Below, piece by piece: positions 63,194 to 64,000 of a stretch of DNA of 64,000 nucleotides; positions within the stretch are counted from its first letter, which is position 1, and each line of letters starts with the position of its first letter. Both the position numbers and the translations under genes were made by a program. The stretch is taken from the sequence record NC_010821.1. The stretch is one strand, 5' to 3'. The notes beneath the pieces are model-generated. The model saw only the letters and a list, made by a program, of their open reading frames with translations, had not been told where the DNA came from and searched no databases.

Positions 63194-64000
63194 TTACTTC
63201 TCTTGGCCCATACGGCTGAACATTTTCATGATACCGTAGGTTACCTCAGTAACGTGTTTAATAGTGTTAGCTGCAAGTTCCAATACTGGCGACGCAGCTT
63301 TCTCAATATTACCACGTTTGTCATCAGGTAACCCTTTGATGAACTTTGTCAGTTCGTCAACGTCTTTCTCAAGTTTGGCCATTACTGGACCGAGACCCTT
63401 AACCTTCTCGATTACTTGACCGAAGGTTTTAGTCGACTCAGGAATAACAGTCAGCTCGTCACCTTTACCGCCACGATAATTTTTGTTTACCAGTGCGTAG
63501 GCCAGATGGATAGGCCAGTCAGTGGAAGTCCACTCTTTCATCGGAGCGTCAACATCGATTTCTTCAAAGTAAGCACGACCGTCTTTTACTTTAACGGTGG
63601 TGTTGTTCATCAGCATGATATTCAAGAACTTAGACAGAGCTTTACCGTCTGCACCATTCTCAGCCATCTTGCGTACTTTACCCATACCTTCGGCGATCAA
63701 TGCCTCGAGATCCTTGATACCTTTAATCTCCATGTCGAACTGGGACATGTCCATGAGCTCATTACGCATATGGAATAACTGCCAGGCCTCTTTCTGGTTA
63801 ACCAGAACGATTCGATTTTTTGTATTATGCATGTTACTCTTAATGGCGTTCAACTTACCAAGAGCCTGTTTGTAATTGGACATCATGGTGCCAACCGATT
63901 CATCTACCCGATCAGCATAACCTTCCAGGCTACCAACTGCTGTGCTACGGATATGATCAGCGTGTTCACGGATAGCACGAGTGAACCGACGCACGCCACC
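63194..64000 (-). CDS. Probable internal head protein paralog, 5'-truncated by the window end
   Basis: Frame open to the window edge; long amphipathic helices like those of the 37-46 kb paralogs. Confidence 0.65.
   Translation of the reverse strand, partial: GGVRRFTRAIREHADHIRSTAVGSLEGYADRVDESVGTMMSNYKQALGKLNAIKSNMHNTKNRIVLVNQKEAWQLFHMRNELMDMSQFDMEIKGIKDLEALIAEGMGKVRKMAENGADGKALSKFLNIMLMNNTTVKVKDGRAYFEEIDVDAPMKEWTSTDWPIHLAYALVNKNYRGGKGDELTVIPESTKTFGQVIEKVKGLGPVMAKLEKDVDELTKFIKGLPDDKRGNIEKAASPVLELAANTIKHVTEVTYGIMKMFSRMGQEK

Noticed and set aside
1-64000. tRNA, rRNA, CRISPR array, integrase or transposase, homing endonuclease
   Set aside because: No cloverleaf with T-loop consensus, no regularly spaced direct repeats, and no HNH, GIY-YIG, LAGLIDADG, DDE or tyrosine-recombinase motifs recognised by eye; tRNAscan-SE and HMM scans would be definitive

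Overview
This is a 64-kb segment of a phiKZ-like (Chimalliviridae, nucleus-forming) jumbo phage genome. The call rests on protein motifs I can read directly and on gene order matching the phiKZ gp65-gp101 block; no database search was run, so the phiKZ gp numbers are recalled and synteny-based. Layout: (1) 0.3-15.6 kb core early/replication block: SbcD-like nuclease, ChmC-like, non-virion RNAP gp68-like subunit, PicA/Imp1-like, gp70-like, nvRNAP beta-C and beta'-C subunits, SF2 helicase. (2) 15.6-26 kb: small membrane ORFs, gp76-81-like genes including the virion RNAP beta' subunit, and the exonuclease/motif-A half of the split family-B DNA polymerase followed by three small genes. (3) 26-52.5 kb virion morphogenesis block with a tandem family of internal head proteins carrying acidic propeptides and S/A/G-x-E protease sites. 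(4) 52.6-63.1 kb accessory early region of many small ORFs: macrodomain, bL12-CTD-like, minimal nucleotidyltransferase, 2OG-Fe(II) dioxygenase and membrane microproteins. Five early promoters fit ATTT-N6-TATATTAC-N4-GTG, and a family of CATA...TATG-flanked hairpins punctuates the intergenic spaces. The best leads for new biology are an early NTase plus dioxygenase operon, a ribosomal L7/L12 mimic, a Gp49/Acb4-like gene inserted in the late virion operon, NADAR-like plus macrodomain ADP-ribose erasers, and two structured leaders (DNA polymerase, largest head protein). No tRNA, rRNA, CRISPR array, intron or intein was recognised.
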